Shown: positions 10,418 through 19,091 of the stretch, piece after piece
How the letters are laid out: every line of letters starts with the position of its first letter
Numbering within the stretch: position 1 is the first letter of the stretch
Origin: an uncultured Gammaproteobacteria bacterium
GTDB lineage: Bacteria > Patescibacteriota > Microgenomatia > Levybacterales > GWA1-39-11
Assembly (NCBI GenBank): GCA_964427615.1
Contig: CAYRUR010000001.1
Span: 119,303 to 183,302, forward strand
Length of the DNA stretch: 64,000 bases
Direction of reading: 5' to 3'
Notes under the pieces: generated by a model
What the model saw: only the letters and a program-made list of their open reading frames with translations
Told to the model about the DNA's origin: nothing
Database searches by the model: none
Position numbers and translations under genes: made by a program

Positions 10418-10867
10418 ATGCTTTGCCCTTATTGCAGAAAAAATGGAACTGAAGTCGTTGAGACACGAATTGCCGAAGACGGAACAAATATTAGAAGAAG
10501 AAGATCATGTTCTTCCTGTGGCAAACGGTTTACTACTTATGAAAGAATTGAGAATGTAACATTAGTAGTAAAGAAAAAAGACGGAAGACGTGAGCAATTT
10601 GATAGAGATAAGTTACGAGCAGGAGTGATCCGGGCATGTGAGAAAACAAGTGTTTCAATTGATAAAATTCATGATATAGTAGATGTTATTGAAAGAGAAC
10701 TACGTAACGGTGAATCAGTAGAGGTTGAAAGTAGAAAGATAGGACAGCTTACGGCTGTTAAACTGAAAAAAGTAGATAAGGTAGCATATATTCGATTTGC
10801 AAGTGTTTTTAAGCGTTTTGTTGATTTAGACGATTTTGAGAAAGAATTAAAAAGATTATTAAAATAA
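10418..10867 (+). CDS. nrdR: transcriptional repressor NrdR
   Basis: CPYC...IRRRRSCSSCGKRFTTYERIE zinc ribbon, ATP cone, VAYIRFASV. Confidence 0.97.
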   Translation: MLCPYCRKNGTEVVETRIAEDGTNIRRRRSCSSCGKRFTTYERIENVTLVVKKKDGRREQFDRDKLRAGVIRACEKTSVSIDKIHDIVDVIERELRNGESVEVESRKIGQLTAVKLKKVDKVAYIRFASVFKRFVDLDDFEKELKRLLK

Positions 10868-10868
10868 T

Positions 10869-13283
10869 ATGAAACTTGAAGGATTATCAGAAAAAGTATT
10901 TTTAGACAGATATGCTCTCAAAGATAAAAAGGGCAACCCTATCGAAAAAGACCCTCGCCAGATGTGGAGGAGAATTGCTAAGGCAGTAGCAGAGCAAGAA
11001 GAAGGAGAAAGTAAAAAGATTTGGGAAAAAGAATTTTATGAGGCTCTAAAGGGTTTTAAGTATGTTCCTGGCGGAAGAATCCATGCAGGCGCGGGAACTG
11101 GGTATCAAGTTACTTATTATAATTGTTTTGTAATTCCTTCTCCAAAAGATTCACGAGGTGGTATTATTGATACCCTCAAGCAAATGGTTGAAATTATGGC
11201 ACACGGTGGTGGTGTTGGTATCAACCTCTCCTCTCTTCGTCCTCGCGGTTTTCGAGTTAAGAAAGTAAATGGATTCTCCTCTGGTCCTTGTAACTGGGCA
11301 GAGCTGTTCTCTATTGCTACCAAAGATATTATTCAACAGGGTGGTACTCGTCGAGGTGCACTTATGTTAATGCTTTGGGACTGGCATCCTGATGTAGAAG
11401 AATTTATTACCGTAAAACAAGACTTACTCCGTATCAATGGAGCTAATCTTTCCGTATGTGTGTCTGATAAATTCATGGATGCAGTTGAAAAAGATGGAGA
11501 CTGGGATCTGGTTTTCCCTGATAAAGATGATCCAGATTATGATGAAAAATGGGATGGAGACCTAGAGGCTTGGAAAAAGCTTGGTAAAAAAGTAATAGTA
11601 CACAAAACAGTAAAGGCACGCAAGATATGGGATCTGATTGCTGAAGCTGCTTGGAAATCAGCAGAGCCAGGAGTAGTCTTCATGGAGCGCTACAACAAGC
11701 TATACAACAACTGGTACTGGAACAGCATCAATTGTGTAAATCCATGTGGAGAAGAAGGACTTCCACCATGGGGAGTATGTAACTTGGGTTCTATCAACCT
11801 TTCTGCTTTTGTCAAAGGGTATGAAGTAGATAAAAAAGGAGAGTTTGATTTTGAGACATTAAAGAAAGTAGTGAGAGTAGGAGTGAGATTCCAAGACAAT
11901 GTAGTGAGTATGGATCCATATATTTTTGAAGGAATTCGCAAGACACAGCTTGAGGGAGAAAGAAGAATTGGTCTTGGTACCATGGGTTTGGGAGATGCAC
12001 TAATTAAATTACACTTACGTTATGGTTCACCTGAAGCATTGGAGTTTATAGATGAAGTGTATAAGCTTATTAGAGACGAAGCATACAGAGCGTCATCTGA
12101 GATTGCCAAAGAAAAAGGAGCATTTCCAAAGTTTGATAAAGAACTTTTCCCACAAGGAGCATTTATCAAGCAACTTCCAAAAGACATCCAGAAGATGATT
12201 AAAGAGCAAGGGATTCGCAACTCGCTTCTTTTGATGCAAGCACCAACAGGGTCAATCTCTTTGATGGCTAACACCACTTCTGGTATAGAGCCGGTATATG
12301 AATTTGAATTTATCAGGAGAAGTAGAATTGGGGAGCATGTAATCAGACACCATTTGTATGATGAATGGTACAAAGTACATGATAAAGAACTGGAAGAAGG
12401 AAAAATACAAAGACCGGATTACTTTGTCTCTGCAAATGATCTTACTCCAGAAGAGCATGTGGAAACACAGGGTATCATCCAAAAATATGTGGATGCTTCT
12501 ATCTCAAAGACAGTAAATGCACCTAAGACGCATACTGTAGAGGATGTAAAAAGACTATATACCTTAGCTTACAAATTAGGTTGTAAAGGGATAACCTATA
12601 TGAGAGAAGGATCACGAGTCGGCGTATTAGAAAGAAAAGAGGACAAAAAAGAAGAAGTAAAGGAAGAAATAAAGCAATTACCACCTATTATGCGCAGGCC
12701 AATGGTCATGCAAGGAGTAACATATAAAACGCAAACACCACTGGGGAGTACCTTTATTACCATCAATGTAGACAAGGATGGTAATCCTTTTGAAGTCTTT
12801 ATTAATGCTGGGAAATCAGGTTCTGATGTCATGGCTATGGCAGAGGCATTAGGGCGCATGATTTCATTTGCTTTAAGAATGCAGGGTCCTATTGATTCAC
12901 GGGAAAAAATAGAAAGAATTATTGCCCAAATGACGGGTATCGGAGGTGCAAGAACAGTTGGCTTTGGTCCTAATAGAGTGAGATCTTTGCCTGATGCTGT
13001 AGCCAAGATCCTCGCTGATCACTTTGAATTTAAGGTAAATGGAAAAGTTACTGACGTAAAAAAGAATATAAAAGCTGATGCTATGGAGCCAGCTAGTCTT
13101 ACAAATGGACACGCAGCAGCAAATGAACATGCAGTGATGGCCTTACAACCATCTTTATTGCACGCTGAATCTGCTTCTTCTACAAATGATAGTTTTGATA
13201 TCTGTCCTGATTGTGGAACATCAGGTTTAGCACACGAAGAAGGTTGTATAAAATGTTACTCATGTGGATATTCCGCATGTTAA
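10869..13283 (+). CDS. nrdJ: class II adenosylcobalamin-dependent ribonucleotide reductase
   Basis: NCFV, GGGVG, RRGA, NPCGE, CNLGSINL, APTGSIS, C-terminal TSCPD-like domain and CPDC...EEGCIKCYSCGYSAC. Confidence 0.96.
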   Translation: MKLEGLSEKVFLDRYALKDKKGNPIEKDPRQMWRRIAKAVAEQEEGESKKIWEKEFYEALKGFKYVPGGRIHAGAGTGYQVTYYNCFVIPSPKDSRGGIIDTLKQMVEIMAHGGGVGINLSSLRPRGFRVKKVNGFSSGPCNWAELFSIATKDIIQQGGTRRGALMLMLWDWHPDVEEFITVKQDLLRINGANLSVCVSDKFMDAVEKDGDWDLVFPDKDDPDYDEKWDGDLEAWKKLGKKVIVHKTVKARKIWDLIAEAAWKSAEPGVVFMERYNKLYNNWYWNSINCVNPCGEEGLPPWGVCNLGSINLSAFVKGYEVDKKGEFDFETLKKVVRVGVRFQDNVVSMDPYIFEGIRKTQLEGERRIGLGTMGLGDALIKLHLRYGSPEALEFIDEVYKLIRDEAYRASSEIAKEKGAFPKFDKELFPQGAFIKQLPKDIQKMIKEQGIRNSLLLMQAPTGSISLMANTTSGIEPVYEFEFIRRSRIGEHVIRHHLYDEWYKVHDKELEEGKIQRPDYFVSANDLTPEEHVETQGIIQKYVDASISKTVNAPKTHTVEDVKRLYTLAYKLGCKGITYMREGSRVGVLERKEDKKEEVKEEIKQLPPIMRRPMVMQGVTYKTQTPLGSTFITINVDKDGNPFEVFINAGKSGSDVMAMAEALGRMISFALRMQGPIDSREKIERIIAQMTGIGGARTVGFGPNRVRSLPDAVAKILADHFEFKVNGKVTDVKKNIKADAMEPASLTNGHAAANEHAVMALQPSLLHAESASSTNDSFDICPDCGTSGLAHEEGCIKCYSCGYSAC

Positions 13284-13319
13284 AAACAGTTAGTTTGTTG
13301 GTGTATGAAAAGTTAATAG

Positions 13320-13389
13320 TGAGTATTAGGTAAGAAGGGTGAAAATCCCTCACAGAGCCGCTACTGTTATAGTCAGAAAACGATACTCA
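13320..13389 (+). ncRNA. cobalamin riboswitch 1 (short, variant/class II-like aptamer)
   Basis: Closing stem TGAGTAT/ATACTCA, GAAGGGTGAAAATCCCT hairpin, GCCGCTACTGT and AGTCAG B12-box elements; upstream of B12 uptake genes. Confidence 0.85.
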
Positions 13390-13481
13390 TGAGAAAGCCC
13401 GAGCTTGGCATTAAATATGGAGTCCTCTCGGGTGATCTTCTTTACTGAACAGGTAAAGAGAGAAACGAAGAGGATTTTTTT

Positions 13482-13883
13482 ATGGCTACACTACTTAAAA
13501 ATAAAAAAGCTTTTTTAATACTCATCGGAATTACATTCGTTATTGTTGCTCTTGTTTTTGTTTTTCCAAGTATTCCTGCACAAAAGAGTGAAACAGAAAC
13601 TGTTATTACGCCAACAGTGGCTATTTCCAATCAAACTCAAAACATAGATTCTTTTACGTATCAAGGTGAAGAAGGTAAAAGTGCATTCGAGATCTTAGAA
13701 GTAAAAACAAAAGTAGAGATAGATAAAGTAGGTCTTGTTTCTGCTATCAATGGAAGAAAAGCAGATAACAGCAAAAGAGAGTTTTGGGCATTTTATGTCA
13801 ATGGCAAGTTAGCAGAAGTTGGTCCCAAAGATTACATTACGAAATCAACGGACAAAATAGAATGGAAAATAGAGACTTACTAA
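13482..13883 (+). CDS. membrane-anchored DUF4430 (transcobalamin C-terminal-like) putative cobalamin-binding protein
   Basis: N-terminal TM helix; LVSAING...FWAFYVNGKLAEVGPKDY...DKIEWK. Confidence 0.8.
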   Translation: MATLLKNKKAFLILIGITFVIVALVFVFPSIPAQKSETETVITPTVAISNQTQNIDSFTYQGEEGKSAFEILEVKTKVEIDKVGLVSAINGRKADNSKREFWAFYVNGKLAEVGPKDYITKSTDKIEWKIETY

Positions 13884-13884
13884 T

Positions 13885-14421
13885 ATGAAAAAATCCCACT
13901 TAGTAACTGCAACGCTGATTATTTTCTGTGGAGCACTTTTCCGATTTCTCCCTCATCCACCAAATTTTGCGCCTATTGCAGCTATGGCTCTTTTTGCAGG
14001 AGCGTATATGGACAAAAAATATGCTTTCTTTATTCCTTTTATAGCAATGTTTGTCTCAGATATTTTTCTGGGTTTTCATAATACGATGCCTTTTGTCTAT
14101 GTCAGCTTTTTTCTCGTAGGAGTTTTGGGAATGATGCTTAAAAAGCACTCTAAACCTCAAATGGTTATAGCAGCGGCTTTTGTGTCTTCCCTGTTATTTT
14201 TTGTGATTACCAATATTGGAGTATGGCTGAGTTCAGGGCTCTATGAGCAAAATACAAAAGGATTAGCGGAAGCATTTGTCCTTGCCATTCCTTTTTTCAA
14301 AAACACGCTGATGGGAGACTTGTTGTTTACTAGTGCTTTTTTTGCTCTGTTTGAATTTTTCAAAGCAACTTTGTTGAAAGAAAGGTTGTTGCATGAAAAA
14401 GCTTCTCAACCCAAAAGCTAA
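13885..14421 (+). CDS. DUF6580-family ECF S-component-like (BtuM/CbrT-like) putative cobalamin transporter
   Basis: RFLPHPPNFAPIAAMALFAG, SSLLFFVITN, AIPFFKNTLMGD; multiple TM helices; riboswitch context. Confidence 0.75.
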   Translation: MKKSHLVTATLIIFCGALFRFLPHPPNFAPIAAMALFAGAYMDKKYAFFIPFIAMFVSDIFLGFHNTMPFVYVSFFLVGVLGMMLKKHSKPQMVIAAAFVSSLLFFVITNIGVWLSSGLYEQNTKGLAEAFVLAIPFFKNTLMGDLLFTSAFFALFEFFKATLLKERLLHEKASQPKS

Positions 14422-14465
14422 ACAGTATTTTTACTATTTGCTATTTGGTTTTTAATATTTCTATT

Positions 14466-15017
14466 ATGCCTATTTATACAAAAACTGGAGACAAAGGAAA
14501 AACAGCATTACGGACTAATGAGCGGGTATGGAAAGATTCAGTACGCGTTGAAAGTTATGGAACAGTTGATGAGCTTAATGCGTATTTAGGGGTAGTGCTT
14601 TCTTATATTGATACAGATGCAAAAAAAGAATTGCGTTATGTAGCAGATCTAGTGGTTACAGTACAAAATGATTTGTTTTTTATTGGTTCTTATATTGCCA
14701 ACCCTGGTGAGAAGCGGGACCTGACAGTGCTTAACAAGCATATTACGTATTTTGAGGATGAGATAGATGGTATGACAGAGCAAATGCCAGAACTTAAAAA
14801 TTTTATTCTTCCAGGAGGAGGAAAGGTAGGAGCATCCTTGCAGTACGCACGTACTATTTCCAGAAGAGCGGAGAGAAAATTAGTTTCTTTGCACAAGGCA
14901 GAAGGGGTTGAAAAAGAAATTTTGCAGTATATAAATAGACTTTCTGACTTATTATTTACGTTGTCTCGCTTTGCCAATTACGTAGAAAAAAAGAAAGAGA
15001 TAATTTGGTCTTTGTAA
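14466..15017 (+). CDS. pduO: ATP:cob(I)alamin adenosyltransferase, PduO type
   Basis: IYTKTGDKGKT, YGTVDELNA, FILPGG, ARTISRRAER, YINRLSDLLF. Confidence 0.95.
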   Translation: MPIYTKTGDKGKTALRTNERVWKDSVRVESYGTVDELNAYLGVVLSYIDTDAKKELRYVADLVVTVQNDLFFIGSYIANPGEKRDLTVLNKHITYFEDEIDGMTEQMPELKNFILPGGGKVGASLQYARTISRRAERKLVSLHKAEGVEKEILQYINRLSDLLFTLSRFANYVEKKKEIIWSL

Positions 15018-15094
15018 CGGGTGAATGAGGTGTAAATCCTCAGCTATGCCGTAGCTGTGATCTTAGGTAAATACTAAGAAAGTCAGATCCCCGT
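15017..15094 (+). ncRNA. cobalamin riboswitch 2
   Basis: Closing stem ACGGG/CCCGT, GAATGAGGTGTAAATCCTCA hairpin, GCCGTAGCTGTGA, TCTTAG/CTAAGA stem and AAGTCAG. Confidence 0.8.
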
Positions 15095-15208
15095 CTGTTT
15101 CAATATTTAATTTGAGAACAGGAAAAGTCTTTCGAGTCCATGTACCATGCGGTACAGGACCATGCGCTGAATAGTGCATGGCAAGAGCAATTTTGTATCC
15201 TTATCCTG

Positions 15209-15252
15209 CCTTCTCGAAATTCTGTTACAGAACAAAATGAGAAGGTTTTTTT
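15209..15252 (+). terminator. intrinsic terminator-like hairpin in the leader of ORF 15265
   Basis: CCTTCTC...GAGAAGG followed by T7, 12 nt before the ATG. Confidence 0.65.
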
Positions 15253-15264
15253 ATTGTTATTGTT

Positions 15265-16665
15265 ATGGATCTTGAATCAAGAACAGTTACTTATCAAATA
15301 CAAAGAAATGAAGCTTTTTATGCTGATAATTCTTCTTTAGAAGGAGAATTTCATGATTTACAAAGAGAGTGGATTCGTGAAGAGGAAGATGAATGGTACT
15401 TGTTGCCTGGAACAGGATTTAATGTGAAGCTTCAAGTTGAGTTATTACGCAAGGATCTTGAAGAAGGATTAGAAAAAGGAGAATCGTATGAGGACATTAT
15501 TGAGAAGTGGCTCCAAAAAACAGAACAGGACATTCATGGGTTTAAAATTGAGTATTTGTGTGAGGGCTTGTTATTTCCTATTATGTTGGACAAAGAAGTA
15601 GTAAACGCAGAAGAAAGAATTGTTGCGCCTTTATATGGAGGAAAACTGTTTGTAGACACAGTGAGTGAGCAAGAGCGTTTGGGAAGTGTAAAAAAAGCTA
15701 TCGTGGGTGATCCAGAAACAGGCAAAGAAGGAATAGAACACTTTTTACTCACCGCTCATCCTGGATCTGTTTCAGTTATGACCAGTCCTCCTGGTTGGAG
15801 TGGTTTTGAAGGAATTACGTACCCTGACTCTCAGACTTATATTTGGCAGATACAGGAAGACAGGTCTATTAGAGGGTTTACGGTGCGTACTGATATGGAG
15901 GTAAAAGAAAACATAAAGTTATTAGAAACACTAGGTGAAGATATGAGTGCTATGAAAGGCAAAAATGAACAAGAAAGGTTGGCAGGAATTGTCGGAACAC
16001 CGGTGTTTTTAAGGGGAAATGATGAAAAGCAGTGGAGTATCGAAGATATTGTGAATGCTATTAGATCAGTAAAACACACAAAATCAGCGTATAAAGAAAG
16101 AGGTTTTGATGAAATTTATGATCAGCTTGAAAATCCTGAGTCTTTATGGACGCTTGATGAAACAACACGTAAGCTCGTTGCAGAGTTTAGAAGATATGTG
16201 TGGGATCAAGTATATAATGGTGAAGGAGATAGAGAGAAAAACATTCAAAGAGCATTGGGAATGACTGTTCTGGAACTGGCTAAGAGAATACGTAGACCTA
16301 AGAGAGAAGAGATAGCATACGACGATGAGTGGGTAGGTGAGGAATATAGTTTAGGAGGTGGATTAGTGTCAGGAGATCGGTATCGTGATGTTTTATCTGA
16401 TGTGCAACAATTAGGAGGATGTAATGGCGGAGGAGGTGAGGGTGAAAGTATGCCTGATAGCTATATTGTTAACTCTATTACTCCTCGAATTGGTGTGAGA
16501 AATGAAGTTGATTACTCGAAAGATCCAAATTTATGTAGATGTAGTAATAGCCTTCCTCATTTTCACTGTCCTGGTAAAAAAGAAGGAAAGCCTTGTAAAG
16601 AAAAAATTATCTATGGAAAAGGAATTAAAAAGTGTCCTAGTTGTGGAGAAGGAAAAAAATGTTAA
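15265..16665 (+). CDS. hypothetical protein with a Cys/His-rich C-terminal putative zinc-binding tail
   Basis: 466-aa acidic ORF ending CRCSNSLPHFHCPG...CKEK...CPSCGEGKKC. Confidence 0.85.
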   Translation: MDLESRTVTYQIQRNEAFYADNSSLEGEFHDLQREWIREEEDEWYLLPGTGFNVKLQVELLRKDLEEGLEKGESYEDIIEKWLQKTEQDIHGFKIEYLCEGLLFPIMLDKEVVNAEERIVAPLYGGKLFVDTVSEQERLGSVKKAIVGDPETGKEGIEHFLLTAHPGSVSVMTSPPGWSGFEGITYPDSQTYIWQIQEDRSIRGFTVRTDMEVKENIKLLETLGEDMSAMKGKNEQERLAGIVGTPVFLRGNDEKQWSIEDIVNAIRSVKHTKSAYKERGFDEIYDQLENPESLWTLDETTRKLVAEFRRYVWDQVYNGEGDREKNIQRALGMTVLELAKRIRRPKREEIAYDDEWVGEEYSLGGGLVSGDRYRDVLSDVQQLGGCNGGGGEGESMPDSYIVNSITPRIGVRNEVDYSKDPNLCRCSNSLPHFHCPGKKEGKPCKEKIIYGKGIKKCPSCGEGKKC

Positions 16666-16814
16666 ACAAAAATTCGCAAGAGAATTGTGATGTCTGTTTT
16701 AAAATCAAATGTCGCGGATGTGGGTGGGAGCCAACAGAGGAAGAGGTAGCAAAAATCCAAGCAGGAGAACTGAGAACTTGTCCTTTGTGTGGTTGGCAGC
16801 CAGGAGAAAAATAA
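16659..16814 (+). CDS. small 51-aa protein with three CxxC motifs (absent from the ORF track)
   Basis: Hand translation MLNKNSQENCDVCFKIKCRGCGWEPTEEEVAKIQAGELRTCPLCGWQPGEK; ATG lies within the last codons of the upstream ORF. Confidence 0.7.
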   Translation: MLNKNSQENCDVCFKIKCRGCGWEPTEEEVAKIQAGELRTCPLCGWQPGEK

Positions 16815-16828
16815 GCTAGTATAAAAGA

Positions 16829-17533
16829 GTGAAGTCTTTTTTACTTAATCTCCTTTTTCCAAAACGCTGTATTCAGTGTAAAAGGCTTGGTTCTTTTGTC
16901 TGTTCTGATTGTTTTGCACACATTCAGTATGCTTCTTTGTCTCTTTGTCCCATGTGTCTTAGACCTTCAGTTGATGGTCTCACGCATCCTGCCTGTTCCA
17001 AACCTCTCGGACTTGATGGGCTGATTACGGTGGTAGAGTATAAAGGAATTATTAAGAAACTGCTCTACCAACTCAAATATGCACCTTATCTTACGAGCCT
17101 AACTACAGTTATTAAAAATCTTTCATATGAGGCATTAATTCAAGATGAAAGTTTTATGTATATTAAAGCCCAAAATCCTTTTCTTATTCCTGTGCCTTTG
17201 CATGTAAAAAAAGAAAGAAAAAGAGGGTATAACCAAGCAACACTTATTGCAAGGCAGATAGCAGATTCATTTGATCTTTCTCTTGAAAATAAAGTGCTTA
17301 TAAGAAGTAAACATACAAAGCCTCAATTTAAGCTCTCAAAAGAAGAAAGAAAAGAAAATATAAAAGATGCTTTTGAGGTGACTGCAAAAGGAAAGGAAGT
17401 TATAAATGGTGCTACCATTTTTGTAGTAGATGATATTGCTACTACCTGTTTTACCCTGCGTTCATGCGCTAAAATCCTCAAAAGAAATGGAGCAAAAAAA
17501 GTCTACGGTTTAGTATTTGCCAAGGAGTATTGA
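16829..17533 (+). CDS. comF: ComF family protein (double zinc ribbon + PRTase)
   Basis: LFPKRCIQC...CSDC, VPLH...RGYNQA, VDDIATT. Confidence 0.92.
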   Translation: MKSFLLNLLFPKRCIQCKRLGSFVCSDCFAHIQYASLSLCPMCLRPSVDGLTHPACSKPLGLDGLITVVEYKGIIKKLLYQLKYAPYLTSLTTVIKNLSYEALIQDESFMYIKAQNPFLIPVPLHVKKERKRGYNQATLIARQIADSFDLSLENKVLIRSKHTKPQFKLSKEERKENIKDAFEVTAKGKEVINGATIFVVDDIATTCFTLRSCAKILKRNGAKKVYGLVFAKEY

Positions 17534-17559
17534 GTAAAAAATATTAGATTGTAAAAGGC

Positions 17560-17617
17560 AAAAGGGCACCTCAGATTTTGGAAAGTCGTAAGACTCCCTC
17601 GTCGTTGGTGCCCTTTT
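17560..17617. terminator. probable bidirectional terminator between comF and the convergent gene
   Basis: AAAAGGGCACC...GGTGCCCTTTT inverted repeat. Confidence 0.5.
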
Positions 17618-17713
17618 ACACTTATCAAAGTTTCGGAAAGTTGACTGATAACGGGTTCATCCGTCCTGCTTGTGCAAGCCCTCTGTACGAGGTTTAGTGT
17701 ATTAAGCTGTAAG

Positions 17714-18460
17714 TTACTCGTCGTTGAGTTGGATGCTGAGTAGGGCGGGATTGAGAACACCGCCGTTCTCGTTAGCTAGCTCGCCCTCGTTCCCGATTTG
17801 GGTGTCGAGGTTGTGCCAACGACGGAGCTGTTCCCCGTGTTTCCAGCAACGAGCGAGCATTGTGACAGCAGCGCCGAACATGAAGCCTGTGATGCCTTCA
17901 AGGTCCGCTTCGTGCGATGTAGCGGAAGCTACCTCTTCGAGGGTCTTCCCGTTAGATATCTCGACCTGCATGAGTCGCGCCCATCGTTGAGCGTATGTGA
18001 TAACGGCACCGCCGTAAGGATCTCGGTTGGCCAGCATGGCTTCTTCCCAAGCATCTGGGTTAGACTCCTCCATAGGAGGAGCACCTTTGAGCTTCGCCTC
18101 CAGAGCATTGCGCTTGGCTTTAGCTTGCGCCTCGTACTCAGCTTGCAGTTCCTGGCGTCTGCGCTCGTTCTTGGCTTCGACCTGGTTGTCATTCTCCTTC
18201 TCCTCGTCGGTAAGGACAAGGTTTGGGTAAGGACCGACGTTGGGGTCGATATAATGATGGAGCGCCCGATGCCAATCCCGAAAGATAAGATCAGGACTAG
18301 AGTCCTTGCGAACACTAACCCTTACCTCATTGAAGTCGAACGTAATGAGGCACCCATCTTCCTCGGCTGATAGAGCGATAGCTTCAACGATGGTATTGCG
18401 GATATGTGCTCCTGCACCAACCTCAAAGACAATTTCCTTCTTTCGCCAAAAGTTACTCAT
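17714..18460 (-). CDS. GC-rich, probably horizontally acquired (phage-like) hypothetical protein
   Basis: Visibly more GC-rich than the flanks; DPYGGAVITYAQRWARLM...GITGFMFGAA...WKHGEQLRRWHN. Confidence 0.7.
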   Translation of the reverse strand: MSNFWRKKEIVFEVGAGAHIRNTIVEAIALSAEEDGCLITFDFNEVRVSVRKDSSPDLIFRDWHRALHHYIDPNVGPYPNLVLTDEEKENDNQVEAKNERRRQELQAEYEAQAKAKRNALEAKLKGAPPMEESNPDAWEEAMLANRDPYGGAVITYAQRWARLMQVEISNGKTLEEVASATSHEADLEGITGFMFGAAVTMLARCWKHGEQLRRWHNLDTQIGNEGELANENGGVLNPALLSIQLNDE

Positions 18461-18836
18461 GATCTTTTCCTCCAGTCAATTCGGACATACTTACATTGGC
18501 TACCTCCAAATGGATAGCACTCTAAACACAATAATAATTTGTGCTCAAGGTGCTACCCATTTAAGGTTTAATACTTTCCGTAAACTATCAAAGTGCAAGT
18601 AATTATAGATACAAATGAAGTAAGAAACAGACAGCAGTATGAGTCTATTCACACTTCAAATGTAAGTACGAAGTATAGCACAGAAGGCACAAAATATCAA
18701 TATTATAGGATTATGTTTTGGTATTTTTACATTGAAGGAGGTTTTTAGACACTTTCAGAAAGAGTGTGTTTTAAAGCTTGTTTCATTTGTCTTCTTCCGA
18801 ATCCATTTTTTAAAATACTTCACAAAAGTGAGGTTG

Positions 18837-19073
18837 TTATATCAGCCGTTTGTTACGAAATGCAAAGCCAGAACCTGTTTTTAAGTAGTTTTCAAATGAA
18901 AGTGCTTTCTTTTTAGTAGAAAATGCAGCGTAAAAAATGAGAGTAATAGGACGAAGGTTTTTAGTTGATTCTACTTTACCATTTTCGTGAGCCAAAATTC
19001 GTTGTTTCAGGTTATCTGAAAAGCCATGATAGTAAAAATTATCACTTAGTTTGAGAATGTACACATAGTACAT
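18837..19073 (-). CDS. small GIY-YIG nuclease family protein
   Basis: YYVYIL...YYHGFSDNLKQRILAHENG...ALSFENYLKTGSG. Confidence 0.9.
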   Translation of the reverse strand: MYYVYILKLSDNFYYHGFSDNLKQRILAHENGKVESTKNLRPITLIFYAAFSTKKKALSFENYLKTGSGFAFRNKRLI

Positions 19074-19091
19074 ATGTTTATTGTATAGTAA

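Noticed and set aside
13389-13448. 19-codon ORF MRKPELGIKYGVLSGDLLY after riboswitch 1 as a leader peptide
   Set aside because: No supporting signal; the region is explained by expression-platform hairpins (CCCGAG/CTCGGG, TCTTTAC/GTAAAGA)
17724-18370. Several overlapping ORFs on both strands, including a 190-aa plus-strand ORF
   Set aside because: Expected shadow ORFs in GC-rich DNA; the 248-aa minus-strand frame is the protein-like one
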